Below are positions 1 through 8,234 of a DNA stretch of 32,617 nt, piece by piece; the stretch's first letter is position 1, and each line of letters begins with the position of its first letter. The translations under genes and the position numbers were made by a program. Source of the stretch: a virus (lineage: Duplodnaviria; Caudoviricetes); the IMG/VR virus record IMGVR_UViG_3300032226_000012, positions 1 to 32,617 of that record. The stretch is one strand, 5' to 3'. The notes beneath the pieces are model-generated. The model saw only the letters and a list, made by a program, of their open reading frames with translations. It searched no databases and was not told the DNA's origin.

Positions 1-627
1 ATCTTGAGCAACGGCGAGAAAGAGTACGTCTCCACCATTCAGAGCAATGCTGATATGGAACTGAAGATGGCTCAACGTGCCTATAAAGAGGCATACGATT
101 CAGGAGACTCCGACAAGGTGCTGGAAGCCCAGCAAGCCTTGCAGGTAGCAAACCTGAAAATGATGCAGGTTAAAAACTTTCGCATGCCCTCTTTACAAGA
201 GGAAGAAACTGCTGTACAACAGCAACCTGTGCAGTATCAACCTGCACCGTATGTACCCGAACCGGACAATAAAGCTGTGGCGTGGCAAAAACGCAACAGT
301 TGGTTTGGACAGGATCGGAGTATGACGGCCTTTGCTCTGGGTCTACACGAAGACCTGCGAGACAGTGGAATAGAGGTTGGTTCTGATGAGTATTACCGCG
401 AATTGGACAATACAATGCGCAAACGGTTTTCAGAGAAATTTGAAAGCCAAGAAGACAATAAACAAAGCCGCACAAGACCCGGCACTGTTGTTGCATCGGC
501 AGTTCGTAGCACGGCCCCTAATAAGGTCAAGCTAAAGCAAAGCCAAGTAAATCTGGCACGCAAGCTAGGTTTAACGCCCGAACAATACGTGAAGGCACAA
601 CTTGAATTGGAGGCCCGCAATGGCTGA
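1..627 (+). CDS. Putative capsid scaffolding protein, 5'-truncated
   Basis: Frame is open from base 1, so the true start lies upstream. Charged helical sequence ending in ...QVNLARKLGLTPEQYVK; lies shortly before the major capsid gene. Confidence 0.6.
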   Translation: MLSNGEKEYVSTIQSNADMELKMAQRAYKEAYDSGDSDKVLEAQQALQVANLKMMQVKNFRMPSLQEEETAVQQQPVQYQPAPYVPEPDNKAVAWQKRNSWFGQDRSMTAFALGLHEDLRDSGIEVGSDEYYRELDNTMRKRFSEKFESQEDNKQSRTRPGTVVASAVRSTAPNKVKLKQSQVNLARKLGLTPEQYVKAQLELEARNG

Positions 628-1078
628 TATCAGAGACAACAAACTCACACGCGAGTTGGAAACACGTGCGGTACAGGAACGTCCTAAGCAGTGGATGCAG
701 CCTGAACTGTTGCCCGAGCCAGACAAGCAGCCCGGATACAACTACCGCTGGATTCGTGTTTCGACGATGAACAATGCTGACCCACGTAACCTTTCGGCCA
801 AACTCCGTGAAGGCTGGGAGCCAGTTCCCGTCGAAGAACAACCCAAATTCAGACTGTTAGCTGATCCCAATAGTCGTTTTAAGGACAACATTGAGGTCGG
901 TGGGTTATTGCTCTGCAAAACACCTGCTGAGTTTGTACAGCAGCGAAACGAACATTTCGCCAAAGTTACCCAATCTCAGACGGATGCTGTGGACAATAGC
1001 TTCATGCGTCAAAGCGATGCGCGGATGCCGCTCTTCCAAGAGCGTAAGTCCTCGTCTAGCTTCGGCAAAGGTACTTAA
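620..1078 (+). CDS. Conserved phage head-module hypothetical protein (152 aa)
   Basis: ATG at 620 after GGAGG, overlapping the upstream stop. Motifs YRWIR, LREGWEPV and VGGLLLCK; located between scaffold and capsid genes. Confidence 0.75.
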   Translation: MADIRDNKLTRELETRAVQERPKQWMQPELLPEPDKQPGYNYRWIRVSTMNNADPRNLSAKLREGWEPVPVEEQPKFRLLADPNSRFKDNIEVGGLLLCKTPAEFVQQRNEHFAKVTQSQTDAVDNSFMRQSDARMPLFQERKSSSSFGKGT

Positions 1079-1097
1079 ATTTTTTAAGGAGTCTTAA

Positions 1098-1922
1098 ATG
1101 GCTTATCCCACCATCGACGCCCCTTACGGCGTTAAACCGGTCAATCTGATCGGCGGACAGGTGTTTGCGGGTTCCACTCGCAATCTGCCTATTCAGTACA
1201 ACTACGGCACCGCTTTGTATTACGGTGATCTGGTTACTTTGTCTGCTGGCTATGTTGTGATCGCAACTTACCCTGTTAGCACTACCAACACTACTGTTGG
1301 CGTGTTCTTGGGTTGCTATTACACAAACCCCACGACTAAGCAACGTCAATACTCACAGTACTACCCAGCTAACGTAACTGCTGGTGACATTACTGCTATC
1401 GTCGGTGACGATCCTGACCAAGTGATGAAAGTCGCTGTCACTACTACCGCTGGTGGTACGACTATTGGTTCGGCTTCTTCAATCTTGGTTGGCGTCAACA
1501 TGGCTGGCGGCACACAAACTGGCTCTGCATCTACTGGTAACAGTGGCATGTCGGTCGTCGGCGCGTCTGCTACAGCCTCTGGTGGCGGCTTCCGTGTGTT
1601 GAACTTGGTTCCCGATACACAAGTCAGCACCTCGGGCACATACGTGTCTGGTGGCGCTCCTACAGCAACTTCTGTTGTTGTGTCTGGTTTGCCAGTTGGC
1701 ACCTTCTTGCCAATCGGCACTGATGTGTTCAACTTGGTTAATGGTCAGTTGCAATTCACAGGTGCTACCCTGAGTGCTGCTTCTACTGTGACAACCACTG
1801 GTAATACGACTCTTACCGTGACTGCTGTAACAACGCAAGTCGCCGGTACTGTTGTATTGGTCGAAACCCCCGAAGTGTTGGTTAAGTTCAACTTCGGTGC
1901 ACACCGCTATTACGTAGCATAA
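1098..1922 (+). CDS. Putative capsid decoration/cement protein
   Basis: TAAGGAG RBS. Thr/Gly/Val-rich beta-type sequence immediately upstream of the major capsid gene; function inferred from position. Confidence 0.55.
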   Translation: MAYPTIDAPYGVKPVNLIGGQVFAGSTRNLPIQYNYGTALYYGDLVTLSAGYVVIATYPVSTTNTTVGVFLGCYYTNPTTKQRQYSQYYPANVTAGDITAIVGDDPDQVMKVAVTTTAGGTTIGSASSILVGVNMAGGTQTGSASTGNSGMSVVGASATASGGGFRVLNLVPDTQVSTSGTYVSGGAPTATSVVVSGLPVGTFLPIGTDVFNLVNGQLQFTGATLSAASTVTTTGNTTLTVTAVTTQVAGTVVLVETPEVLVKFNFGAHRYYVA

Positions 1923-1934
1923 GGAGCTTAAATC

Positions 1935-2843
1935 ATGGCTATTTCACGCGCACAACTATTGAAAGAGCTGCTCCCCGGTCTGAACGCTTTGTTCGGTCTG
2001 GAGTATGCCAAGTACGGCGAAGAGCACAAAGAAATCTACGAGACCGAGACATCGGAGCGTAGCTTTGAAGAAGAAACGAAACTGTCTGGTTTCTCTGCTG
2101 CACCTGTCAAGAACGAAGGCTCCGCCATCGCTTATGACAACGCGCAAGAAGCATGGACTGCTCGTTACAACCACGAAACCATCGCTTTGGGCTTCAGCTT
2201 GACTGAAGAAGCTATCGAAGACAACTTGTATGACTCGTTGTCCGCTCGTTACACCAAAGCTCTGGCTCGTGCTATGGCTTACACCAAGCAGGTTAAAGCT
2301 GCTGCTGTGTTGAACAACGGCTTCTCTAGCGCCTACCCCGGTGGCGATGGCGTGGCTTTGTTTAGCGCAGCACACCCTCTGGTGTCTGGCGGTACTAACA
2401 GCAACGTCCCATCTACCCCTGCCGACTTGAATGAAACATCGTTGGAAAACGCTGTGATTCAGATCAGCTTGTGGACAGACGAACGCGGCCTGTTGATCGC
2501 TGCCAAGCCTTCCAAGTTGGTGGTTCCTCCATCGTTGCAGTTCACGGCAACCCGTTTGCTGGAAACTGAACTCCGCGTTAGCACTGCCGACAACGATATC
2601 AACGCCTTGAAGAACAATGGCTCTATCCCCGGTGGATATACCATTAACCACTTCTTGACCGACACCAACGCTTGGTTCCTGACTACAGACGTGCCTAACG
2701 GTATGAAGCACTTTGTGCGTTCGCCACTGGCCCAGTCTATGGACGGCGACTTCGACACTGGTAACGTCCGTTACAAGTCTCGTGAGCGTTACAGCTTCGG
2801 CTGGTCTGACCCATTGGGCATGTACGGTTCGTCCGGTGCTTAA
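1935..2843 (+). CDS. Major capsid protein, Mu gpT-like family (HK97 fold)
   Basis: MAISRAQLLKELLPGLNALFGLEY N-terminus, GDGVALFSAAHP and RERYSFGWSDP motifs are recognisable as this family. Strong RBS and a terminator follow the expected pattern. Confidence 0.9.
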   Translation: MAISRAQLLKELLPGLNALFGLEYAKYGEEHKEIYETETSERSFEEETKLSGFSAAPVKNEGSAIAYDNAQEAWTARYNHETIALGFSLTEEAIEDNLYDSLSARYTKALARAMAYTKQVKAAAVLNNGFSSAYPGGDGVALFSAAHPLVSGGTNSNVPSTPADLNETSLENAVIQISLWTDERGLLIAAKPSKLVVPPSLQFTATRLLETELRVSTADNDINALKNNGSIPGGYTINHFLTDTNAWFLTTDVPNGMKHFVRSPLAQSMDGDFDTGNVRYKSRERYSFGWSDPLGMYGSSGA

Positions 2844-2849
2844 TTGATT

Positions 2850-2876
2850 GGGGGGCCTTGTGCCCCCCTTTCTTTT
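2850..2876 (+). terminator. Intrinsic terminator after the major capsid gene
   Basis: GGGGGGC-CTTGT-GCCCCCC 7-bp stem followed by TTTCTTTT. Confidence 0.8.
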
Positions 2877-2886
2877 GGGGTATATT
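2858..2886 (+). promoter_or_regulatory. Candidate sigma70-type promoter overlapping the terminator
   Basis: TTGTGC (2858-2863), 17-nt spacer, TATATT (2881-2886); would start transcription just before the structured RNA. Confidence 0.4.
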
Positions 2887-2892
2887 GCTTTC

Positions 2893-2970
2893 AATCCGGG
2901 CTTTCCGGTGCATTAGACAGTCCCCGGCTGACGACATACCGACTGATGCACTTAACTTGTATGTAAGGAA
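2893..2970 (+). ncRNA. Structured RNA, probably the Mu-gpT-DE motif
   Basis: 9-bp helix 2908-2916/2943-2951 with two crossing pairings (2896-2900/2923-2927 and 2934-2939/2959-2964). Position directly downstream of a gpT-like gene matches the described context of that motif; not verified with a covariance model. Confidence 0.6.
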
Positions 2971-2975
2971 CCATC

Positions 2976-3497
2976 ATGGCTAATACCACGTTCAATGGCC
3001 CAGTTCGTTCGCAGAACGGCTTTCAATCCATCACCATCAGTCCAACCACTGGTGCGGTTACTGTTGACGCTACATTCGGCGCGACTTCTAGCGTAACCAA
3101 CCTGACTACTACAAATCTGGTTTTTACTGACCAGAATCACCCAACAACAGCCGCTATCAACGCAACGGCTACAGCCACCGCAGCAGAAGTTGCAACCGGC
3201 TACATCACATCTACTTCAGCCGCAGCTACAACCATCACTTTGCCTACTGGCACTTTGTTGGGCGCGGCCTTGGGCGCTACTGCTGGTACTACGCTGGACT
3301 TGTTCGTTGACAACACCGCTGGCGCAAACACAGTGACTATTGCTGTTGCAACCAACGGTATTTTGTCCGCCGCTGCCGCTGCTGGCTCTGGTGCTGGCGC
3401 AGGTCTGTTGACTGTGCCCTCTGGCGTGACCGGCATTGGTTGCTTCCGCATCATGTTTTCTAGCGCCACTGCGTACGTGTTCTCTCGTATCGCTTAA
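2976..3497 (+). CDS. Putative virion structural (decoration/head fibre) protein
   Basis: TAAGGA RBS, MANTTFNGPVRS N-terminus, Ala/Thr-rich with few charged residues. Confidence 0.6.
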   Translation: MANTTFNGPVRSQNGFQSITISPTTGAVTVDATFGATSSVTNLTTTNLVFTDQNHPTTAAINATATATAAEVATGYITSTSAAATTITLPTGTLLGAALGATAGTTLDLFVDNTAGANTVTIAVATNGILSAAAAAGSGAGAGLLTVPSGVTGIGCFRIMFSSATAYVFSRIA

Positions 3498-3504
3498 TCA
3501 ACCC

Positions 3505-3526
3505 AAGGGGCTTCGGTCCCTTTTTT
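3505..3526 (+). terminator. Intrinsic terminator
   Basis: AAGGGGC-TTCG-GTCCCTT stem with a cUUCGg loop, followed by a T6 tract. Confidence 0.8.
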
Positions 3527-3540
3527 AAAGGAGATTGATT

Positions 3541-4341
3541 ATGGCTAATATTGGAATCTGGCGTTCTATAACCCAAGTGGGTACGTATGAGCCGTTTGGC
3601 TTGCAGGTATCTCGCGGTCAAATTCAAGGGCACAGCACGGTCATCGTGTTTGGCTACAACCCAGATGTGGACACATCTGAAGAGACCGTGTGGCCCGATG
3701 GCGGCACGATCCCCCACCCAACTGTCGCATCCGTCTTGAAAATCAGCTCATCAAGCGCCGACGATGCCTCTGCTGGAACTGGTGCGCGTACTGTCTACAT
3801 CGAAGGTGTGGACGGCAACTATGCAGTAGTCAGCGAGACGGTGACATTGAATGGTCAAACAGCGGTCAACACTACAAACTCGTATTTGTATGTGAACAAC
3901 TTCTATGTAGCCACCGTTGGCTCTGGTGGTTCAAACGCAGGCAACATAAATGCTGGCACAGGCACAGTGACATCTGGCGTCCCAGCCGTGCTGTACGACA
4001 TTATTGCAACTGGCTACAACAACCGCACCACAGGTCATTACTGCGTCCCCGCAGGCTATACAGGATACATGACTGAAGGTCTTTTGTCTGCTGGACAAGC
4101 CTCCGGCTCAACTTCCGTTACTGGCTTTTTGAGACAACATGGCCCCGACAACATTTTGCGTGTTGGCGCAGTTGCTACTGTGAACAACAGCGCCGCTGTG
4201 TTTATGTTTGAACAGCCTTACATAATTCCAGAAAAGAATTGTGTTGGCGCAACTGCGGTTGGTGCTTCGGCAAACAACGCAGTAAGTTCGTACTTCAACA
4301 TCATCTTAATCCAGAACTACATGCAGGGTACAAATGGCTAA
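3541..4341 (+). CDS. Putative virion structural protein (beta-rich)
   Basis: AAGGAG at 3528-3533 favours the ATG at 3541. Motifs FGYNPDVD..EETVW and GTGARTVYIEG. Confidence 0.65.
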   Translation: MANIGIWRSITQVGTYEPFGLQVSRGQIQGHSTVIVFGYNPDVDTSEETVWPDGGTIPHPTVASVLKISSSSADDASAGTGARTVYIEGVDGNYAVVSETVTLNGQTAVNTTNSYLYVNNFYVATVGSGGSNAGNINAGTGTVTSGVPAVLYDIIATGYNNRTTGHYCVPAGYTGYMTEGLLSAGQASGSTSVTGFLRQHGPDNILRVGAVATVNNSAAVFMFEQPYIIPEKNCVGATAVGASANNAVSSYFNIILIQNYMQGTNG

Positions 4342-4579
4342 GTCACCAGCATGGCAACGCAAAGAGGGCAAGTCCGAAAAGGGTGGCTTGAATGCCAAGG
4401 GACGAGCTTCGGCCAAAGCCCAAGGCATGAATTTGAAACCACCCCAGCCCGAAGGCGGCTCCCGGCGCGACTCTTTTTGCGCAAGAATGTCTGGAATGAA
4501 GAAGAAGTTGACGAGCGAGAAGACGGCCAACGACCCGAACTCGCGGATCAATAAGAGCCTGCGGGCATGGAACTGCTGA
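4334..4579 (+). CDS. Small basic conserved phage protein
   Basis: MAKSPAWQRKEGK..GGLNAKGRAS..RRDSFCARM..SLRAWNC; Lys/Arg-rich; overlaps the upstream stop. Confidence 0.75.
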   Translation: MAKSPAWQRKEGKSEKGGLNAKGRASAKAQGMNLKPPQPEGGSRRDSFCARMSGMKKKLTSEKTANDPNSRINKSLRAWNC

Positions 4580-4580
4580 C

Positions 4581-4829
4581 ATGGAACTGATGGTTTGGAA
4601 TGTGGTTCTCTCCTTCGCATCGGCCTTGCTGATGTTTTGGGTGAAGGTGTCTCACGACGAAGTGAAACGCCTGAGTATTCTTTTGAGCAAAACTCGTGAA
4701 GAGAATGCTGAGAAGTTTGTGACCAAGAACGATATGCATGCAGACATCAACCGTGTTCTGACTCGTTTAGATCGGCTTGAAAGCAAGATCGACGACTTCA
4801 TGAAGGAGCAGCGCAGTGCCCTCAGTTAG
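4581..4829 (+). CDS. Small membrane protein with N-terminal TM helix and coiled coil
   Basis: Hydrophobic residues about 3-21, then heptad-like RLDRLESKIDD. Confidence 0.7.
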   Translation: MELMVWNVVLSFASALLMFWVKVSHDEVKRLSILLSKTREENAEKFVTKNDMHADINRVLTRLDRLESKIDDFMKEQRSALS

Positions 4830-5148
4830 CAAGAAGCAACACAATTTCATGGCAGCGATTGCGAATTCGCCATCGTTTGCTAAGAAGGTAGGCGTCCCAC
4901 AGTCCGTGGGCAAAGAATTTTCCAACGCGGACAAGGGCCGCAAATTTTCAAAAGGTGGTGATACTATGGCTACAGCAAAAAAAGTTGCTACATCCGCAAT
5001 GGGCAAAGTTAAGACAGCGGCTCCCAGCAAAGATGGCGTTGCTGTCAAAGGCAAGACCAAGGGTACGCAAGTCAAGATGGCTGGTTCCGGTGTGCCTAAT
5101 GGCATCGGTTCACGTGTGATGAAAAAAGGCGGAATGGCCAAGTGCTAA
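4816..5148 (+). CDS. Small Lys-rich protein
   Basis: GTG start after AAGGAG (4803-4808); contains FSKGG and MKKGG motifs. Confidence 0.7.
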   Translation: MPSVSKKQHNFMAAIANSPSFAKKVGVPQSVGKEFSNADKGRKFSKGGDTMATAKKVATSAMGKVKTAAPSKDGVAVKGKTKGTQVKMAGSGVPNGIGSRVMKKGGMAKC

Positions 5149-5158
5149 GGAGTTCAAA

Positions 5159-5392
5159 ATGAGCGAAGCCGAAAAACAAGCCCGTCAAGAGCAAGCCGAC
5201 CGCAAAATGCAAGAGGCTGCTACTAAGGCATACGACGCTGCCAGCACTACGCCCCCTAAACCCGCTGTCCCTGCAAAGAAGATGGCCAAGGGTGGTTCTG
5301 CTTCCTCGCGTGGCGATGGTATTGCTACCAAGGGCAAGACCCGTGGCACCATGATCGCTATGTGCGGTGGTGGTATGAGCAAAGGCAAATAA
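5159..5392 (+). CDS. Small Lys/Ala-rich protein
   Basis: TAAGGAG RBS; KKMAKGG..RGDGIATKGKTRG. Confidence 0.75.
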   Translation: MSEAEKQARQEQADRKMQEAATKAYDAASTTPPKPAVPAKKMAKGGSASSRGDGIATKGKTRGTMIAMCGGGMSKGK

Positions 5393-5394
5393 TC

Positions 5395-5670
5395 ATGATG
5401 GCATCCCGTGGTATGGGCGATATCCGCCCTTCGAAAATGCCCGGCGCTAAGAAAGTAGCGCGGCGGGATGACACTGATTTCACCCAGTTCAAAGAGGGTG
5501 GCAAGGTAAACGCCGCTGGCAATTACACTAAGCCCAGTTTGCGCAAGCGGATTGTGTCGCAGGTAAAGGCCGCAGCAACGCAGGGTACTGGCGCAGGTCA
5601 GTGGTCGGCGCGTAAAGCACAGCTTGTGGCCAAGAAGTACAAGGCTGCTGGTGGTGGCTACAGGGACTGA
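5395..5670 (+). CDS. Small basic protein
   Basis: ATG 2 nt after the upstream stop; NYTKPSLRKRI..GQWSARKAQLVAKKYKAAGGGY. Confidence 0.7.
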   Translation: MMASRGMGDIRPSKMPGAKKVARRDDTDFTQFKEGGKVNAAGNYTKPSLRKRIVSQVKAAATQGTGAGQWSARKAQLVAKKYKAAGGGYRD

Positions 5671-5671
5671 A

Positions 5672-5905
5672 ATGAAAGCACCGCAGAAATCGCTCAAGGA
5701 TTGGGGTGACCAGAAATGGCAAACCAAATCCGGCAAGCCGTCTTCTAAGACGGGGGAGCGGTATTTGCCCAAAGCTGCCATCAAAGCATTGACCCCGGCT
5801 GAGTACGCTGCTACAACCAAAGCCAAACGTGCTGGTAAAGCGGCGGGTAAGCAGTTTGTTGCCCAGCCCAAGACCATCGCAAAGAAAACAGCAGGGTATA
5901 GATAA
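5672..5905 (+). CDS. Small basic protein
   Basis: ATG 1 nt after the upstream stop; QKSLKDW..KW..GERYLPK; TAATG coupling to the next gene. Confidence 0.7.
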   Translation: MKAPQKSLKDWGDQKWQTKSGKPSSKTGERYLPKAAIKALTPAEYAATTKAKRAGKAAGKQFVAQPKTIAKKTAGYR

Positions 5906-6837
5906 TGGCTTCAACCACCGGAACCACCGCCTTTAACCTCGACATGAACGACCTCATTGAGGAGGCGTTTGAACGTTGCGGCCAAGAGTTGCGTACGGGC
6001 TACAACTTCCGTACCGCTCGTCGTTCGTTGAACCTGCTGACGATTGAGTGGGCCAACCGTGGCTTGAACTTCTGGACTGTTGAGCAGGGCCAGATTCCTA
6101 TGGTGACGGGTCAGGCCATGTACCCCATGCCAACCGATACGATCAACCTGCTGGACACCGTTATTCGCCAGAGCAACGGCACGTCTAACCAGATCGACAT
6201 CAACATCAGCAGCATTTCCGAATCGACCTACATGAGCCTGCCAAACAAGTTGGCACAAGGTCGCCCAATCCAAGTCTGGTACAACCGCCAGTCTGGTCAA
6301 GAGAACCCCACTACAGTCACTCTGGCTGCTAACATTTCGGCCACAGACACCACAATCACAGTGTCCAATGCGGACAGTTTGACCACCTCTGGGTTCATCA
6401 AGATTGGCAACGAGACGATCAGCTACCCCAACATTGATCCGGTGAACAACCAATTGATCAACTGTGCACGGGGCCAAAACGGTACAACTGCTGCGGCGCA
6501 CACTTCGGGCGCAGCCTTGACCATCCAGAATTTGCCCGCTATCAACGTGTGGCCCACACCTAATTCGCCCGGTAACCAGTACATGTTCGTGTACTACCGC
6601 ATGCGCCGCATCCAAGATGCTGGCTCTGGTGTGTCGGTGCAAGATATCCCGTTTCGCTTTATCCCCTGCATGGTTGCAGGTTTGGCGTATCTGTTGAGCA
6701 TGAAGCTGCCAGACGTTGATCCAAACCGTGTGATGGGGTTGAAAGCAGAGTACGAACAGCAGTGGGAATTGGCGGCAGCAGAAGACCGCGACACGTCCCC
6801 ATTGCGATTTGTGCCGAGGAACTTGTTCTATGCCTAG
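5905..6837 (+). CDS. Putative head-tail adaptor/connector with an inserted beta domain
   Basis: DLIEEAFERCG..ARRSLNLLTIEWANRG N-terminus, VWPTP, and helical C-terminus CMVAGLAYLLS..LKAEYEQ, as in podovirus adaptor-type proteins. Confidence 0.65.
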   Translation: MASTTGTTAFNLDMNDLIEEAFERCGQELRTGYNFRTARRSLNLLTIEWANRGLNFWTVEQGQIPMVTGQAMYPMPTDTINLLDTVIRQSNGTSNQIDINISSISESTYMSLPNKLAQGRPIQVWYNRQSGQENPTTVTLAANISATDTTITVSNADSLTTSGFIKIGNETISYPNIDPVNNQLINCARGQNGTTAAAHTSGAALTIQNLPAINVWPTPNSPGNQYMFVYYRMRRIQDAGSGVSVQDIPFRFIPCMVAGLAYLLSMKLPDVDPNRVMGLKAEYEQQWELAAAEDRDTSPLRFVPRNLFYA

Positions 6838-7333
6838 AAAAGATTTGCAGGCACGTAAAGAGTACGCAGCTAAATACGCGGCAGAGAACGCGGATAAGAT
6901 GCGGGCGTACTTTATTGCCTATAGAGAACGAAACAAGGCGGTTATTGCCGCCAAACGCGCAGCCAATGCTGAACAAAATCGTGAGTATGCAAAGGCTTAC
7001 CGCAAAATTTCTAAAGACCGGGTATACGAAACCAAAAAACGATACGTTGATAACCACCGTGGGCATGTAAACGCTTATGCGGCTTCAAGGCGCGTGGGCA
7101 AGTCGCAACAAACACCAAGCTGGTTGACTGAATTTGATTTGCTAAAGATGCAGTGTATCTACTCAGTTGCCGCAATGTTGACCCGACACAACAATGAACC
7201 GTGGCATGTAGATCATATTATTCCCCTTAGAGGTAAATTTGTTTCGGGGCTGCACGTACCCGCAAATTTGCAAGTTATCCGGGGAGAAGATAACATGGCC
7301 AAGCATAATAGTTTTGAGGTGCAGCATGCCTAA
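6830..7333 (+). CDS. Free-standing HNH (homing) endonuclease
   Basis: WHVDHIIPLRG..SGLHVPANLQVI..DNMAKHN motif, basic helical N-terminus, ATG at 6830 after GAGGA, more AT-rich by eye than its neighbours. Confidence 0.85.
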   Translation: MPRKDLQARKEYAAKYAAENADKMRAYFIAYRERNKAVIAAKRAANAEQNREYAKAYRKISKDRVYETKKRYVDNHRGHVNAYAASRRVGKSQQTPSWLTEFDLLKMQCIYSVAAMLTRHNNEPWHVDHIIPLRGKFVSGLHVPANLQVIRGEDNMAKHNSFEVQHA

Positions 7334-7754
7334 TCGGTTTGCGTCAGGTAAGTATGCGATTGCAGAGTGTGACCGCTGTGCCCAGCGGTACTTGCTCAAA
7401 GAGCTTCGCACACAGACCGTTAAGACCAAGCCGTACAAGGTAAAGGTTTGCCGCGCTTGTTGGGACCCAGATCATCCGCAGTTGCAATTGGGTATGTACC
7501 CAGTTAACGACCCACAGGCTGTGCGTGAGCCACGTCCTGACGTGAGCTACAACGTATCTGGCCAAAGTGGTTTGCAACTTCTGTTGACCGACAGCACGAC
7601 TGAAGATGGGTTTGGTTACCCAGAAGCGGGCAGTCGAATTTTCCAATGGGGCTGGTCACCAGTTGGTGGGGCAAGCGGGTTTGATACGCTTTTAACGCCA
7701 AATAACTTGGTATTGGCGATAGAACTTGGTACAGTTACGGTTACAACGACATAA
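7326..7754 (+). CDS. Conserved phage protein with two CxxC pairs (putative zinc ribbon)
   Basis: ATG at 7326 after GAGGT; MPNRFASGKYAIAECDRC...VCRACWDPDHPQL. Confidence 0.75.
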   Translation: MPNRFASGKYAIAECDRCAQRYLLKELRTQTVKTKPYKVKVCRACWDPDHPQLQLGMYPVNDPQAVREPRPDVSYNVSGQSGLQLLLTDSTTEDGFGYPEAGSRIFQWGWSPVGGASGFDTLLTPNNLVLAIELGTVTVTTT

Positions 7755-7764
7755 GGAGTCGATC

Positions 7765-7968
7765 ATGGACAAAAAAGATTTGGCGCAAGACAAGAAGATG
7801 GTAGCTGGTGCCGTGCATAAGCACGAGAAAAAGCTGCATCCCGGTCAGCCTATGACCAAGCTGGCCAAGGGCGGCAAGACCAATGCCCAGATGAAATCTC
7901 TGGGTCGTGGTTTGGCCAAGGTAGCTAACCAGAAGAAGTCTTCGTTCACTTACAAAAAGGGAGCTTGA
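7765..7968 (+). CDS. Small Lys-rich protein
   Basis: TAAGGAG RBS before the ATG at 7765; AVHKHEKKLH..KLAKGG. Confidence 0.75.
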   Translation: MDKKDLAQDKKMVAGAVHKHEKKLHPGQPMTKLAKGGKTNAQMKSLGRGLAKVANQKKSSFTYKKGA

Positions 7969-7969
7969 T

Positions 7970-8233
7970 ATGGCCACCTTTAGCAAGAAAATGATGGGCA
8001 AAGAAGTTGGCAATGCCAGCGTCTATGCCAAGCCACACACCGGCGCTGAAGCTGGCGTGGACATTAAGAACAGCGGCTACCAAGGCGGTAACCGTTTGAA
8101 AGCCAACGATGTCAACATGTCTGTGGGTAACATCAGCCGCGATCCCTACAAAGAACCAAAGACTTCTGGCATTAAGGTGCGCGGCACTGGCGCGGCTACT
8201 AAAGGCTTGATGGCCCGAGGCCCAATGGCTTGA
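7970..8233 (+). CDS. Small basic protein
   Basis: GGAG RBS; ends KTSGIKVRGTGAATKGLMARGPMA. Confidence 0.75.
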   Translation: MATFSKKMMGKEVGNASVYAKPHTGAEAGVDIKNSGYQGGNRLKANDVNMSVGNISRDPYKEPKTSGIKVRGTGAATKGLMARGPMA

Positions 8234-8234
8234 T

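Noticed and set aside
1956-2894. 312-aa minus-strand ORF opposite the capsid gene
   Set aside because: Antisense shadow of a strongly codon-biased gene; no recognisable motifs.
6830-7333. HNH as part of a group I intron or intein
   Set aside because: Both flanking genes appear complete and overlap the HNH ORF, leaving no room for intron core structure.
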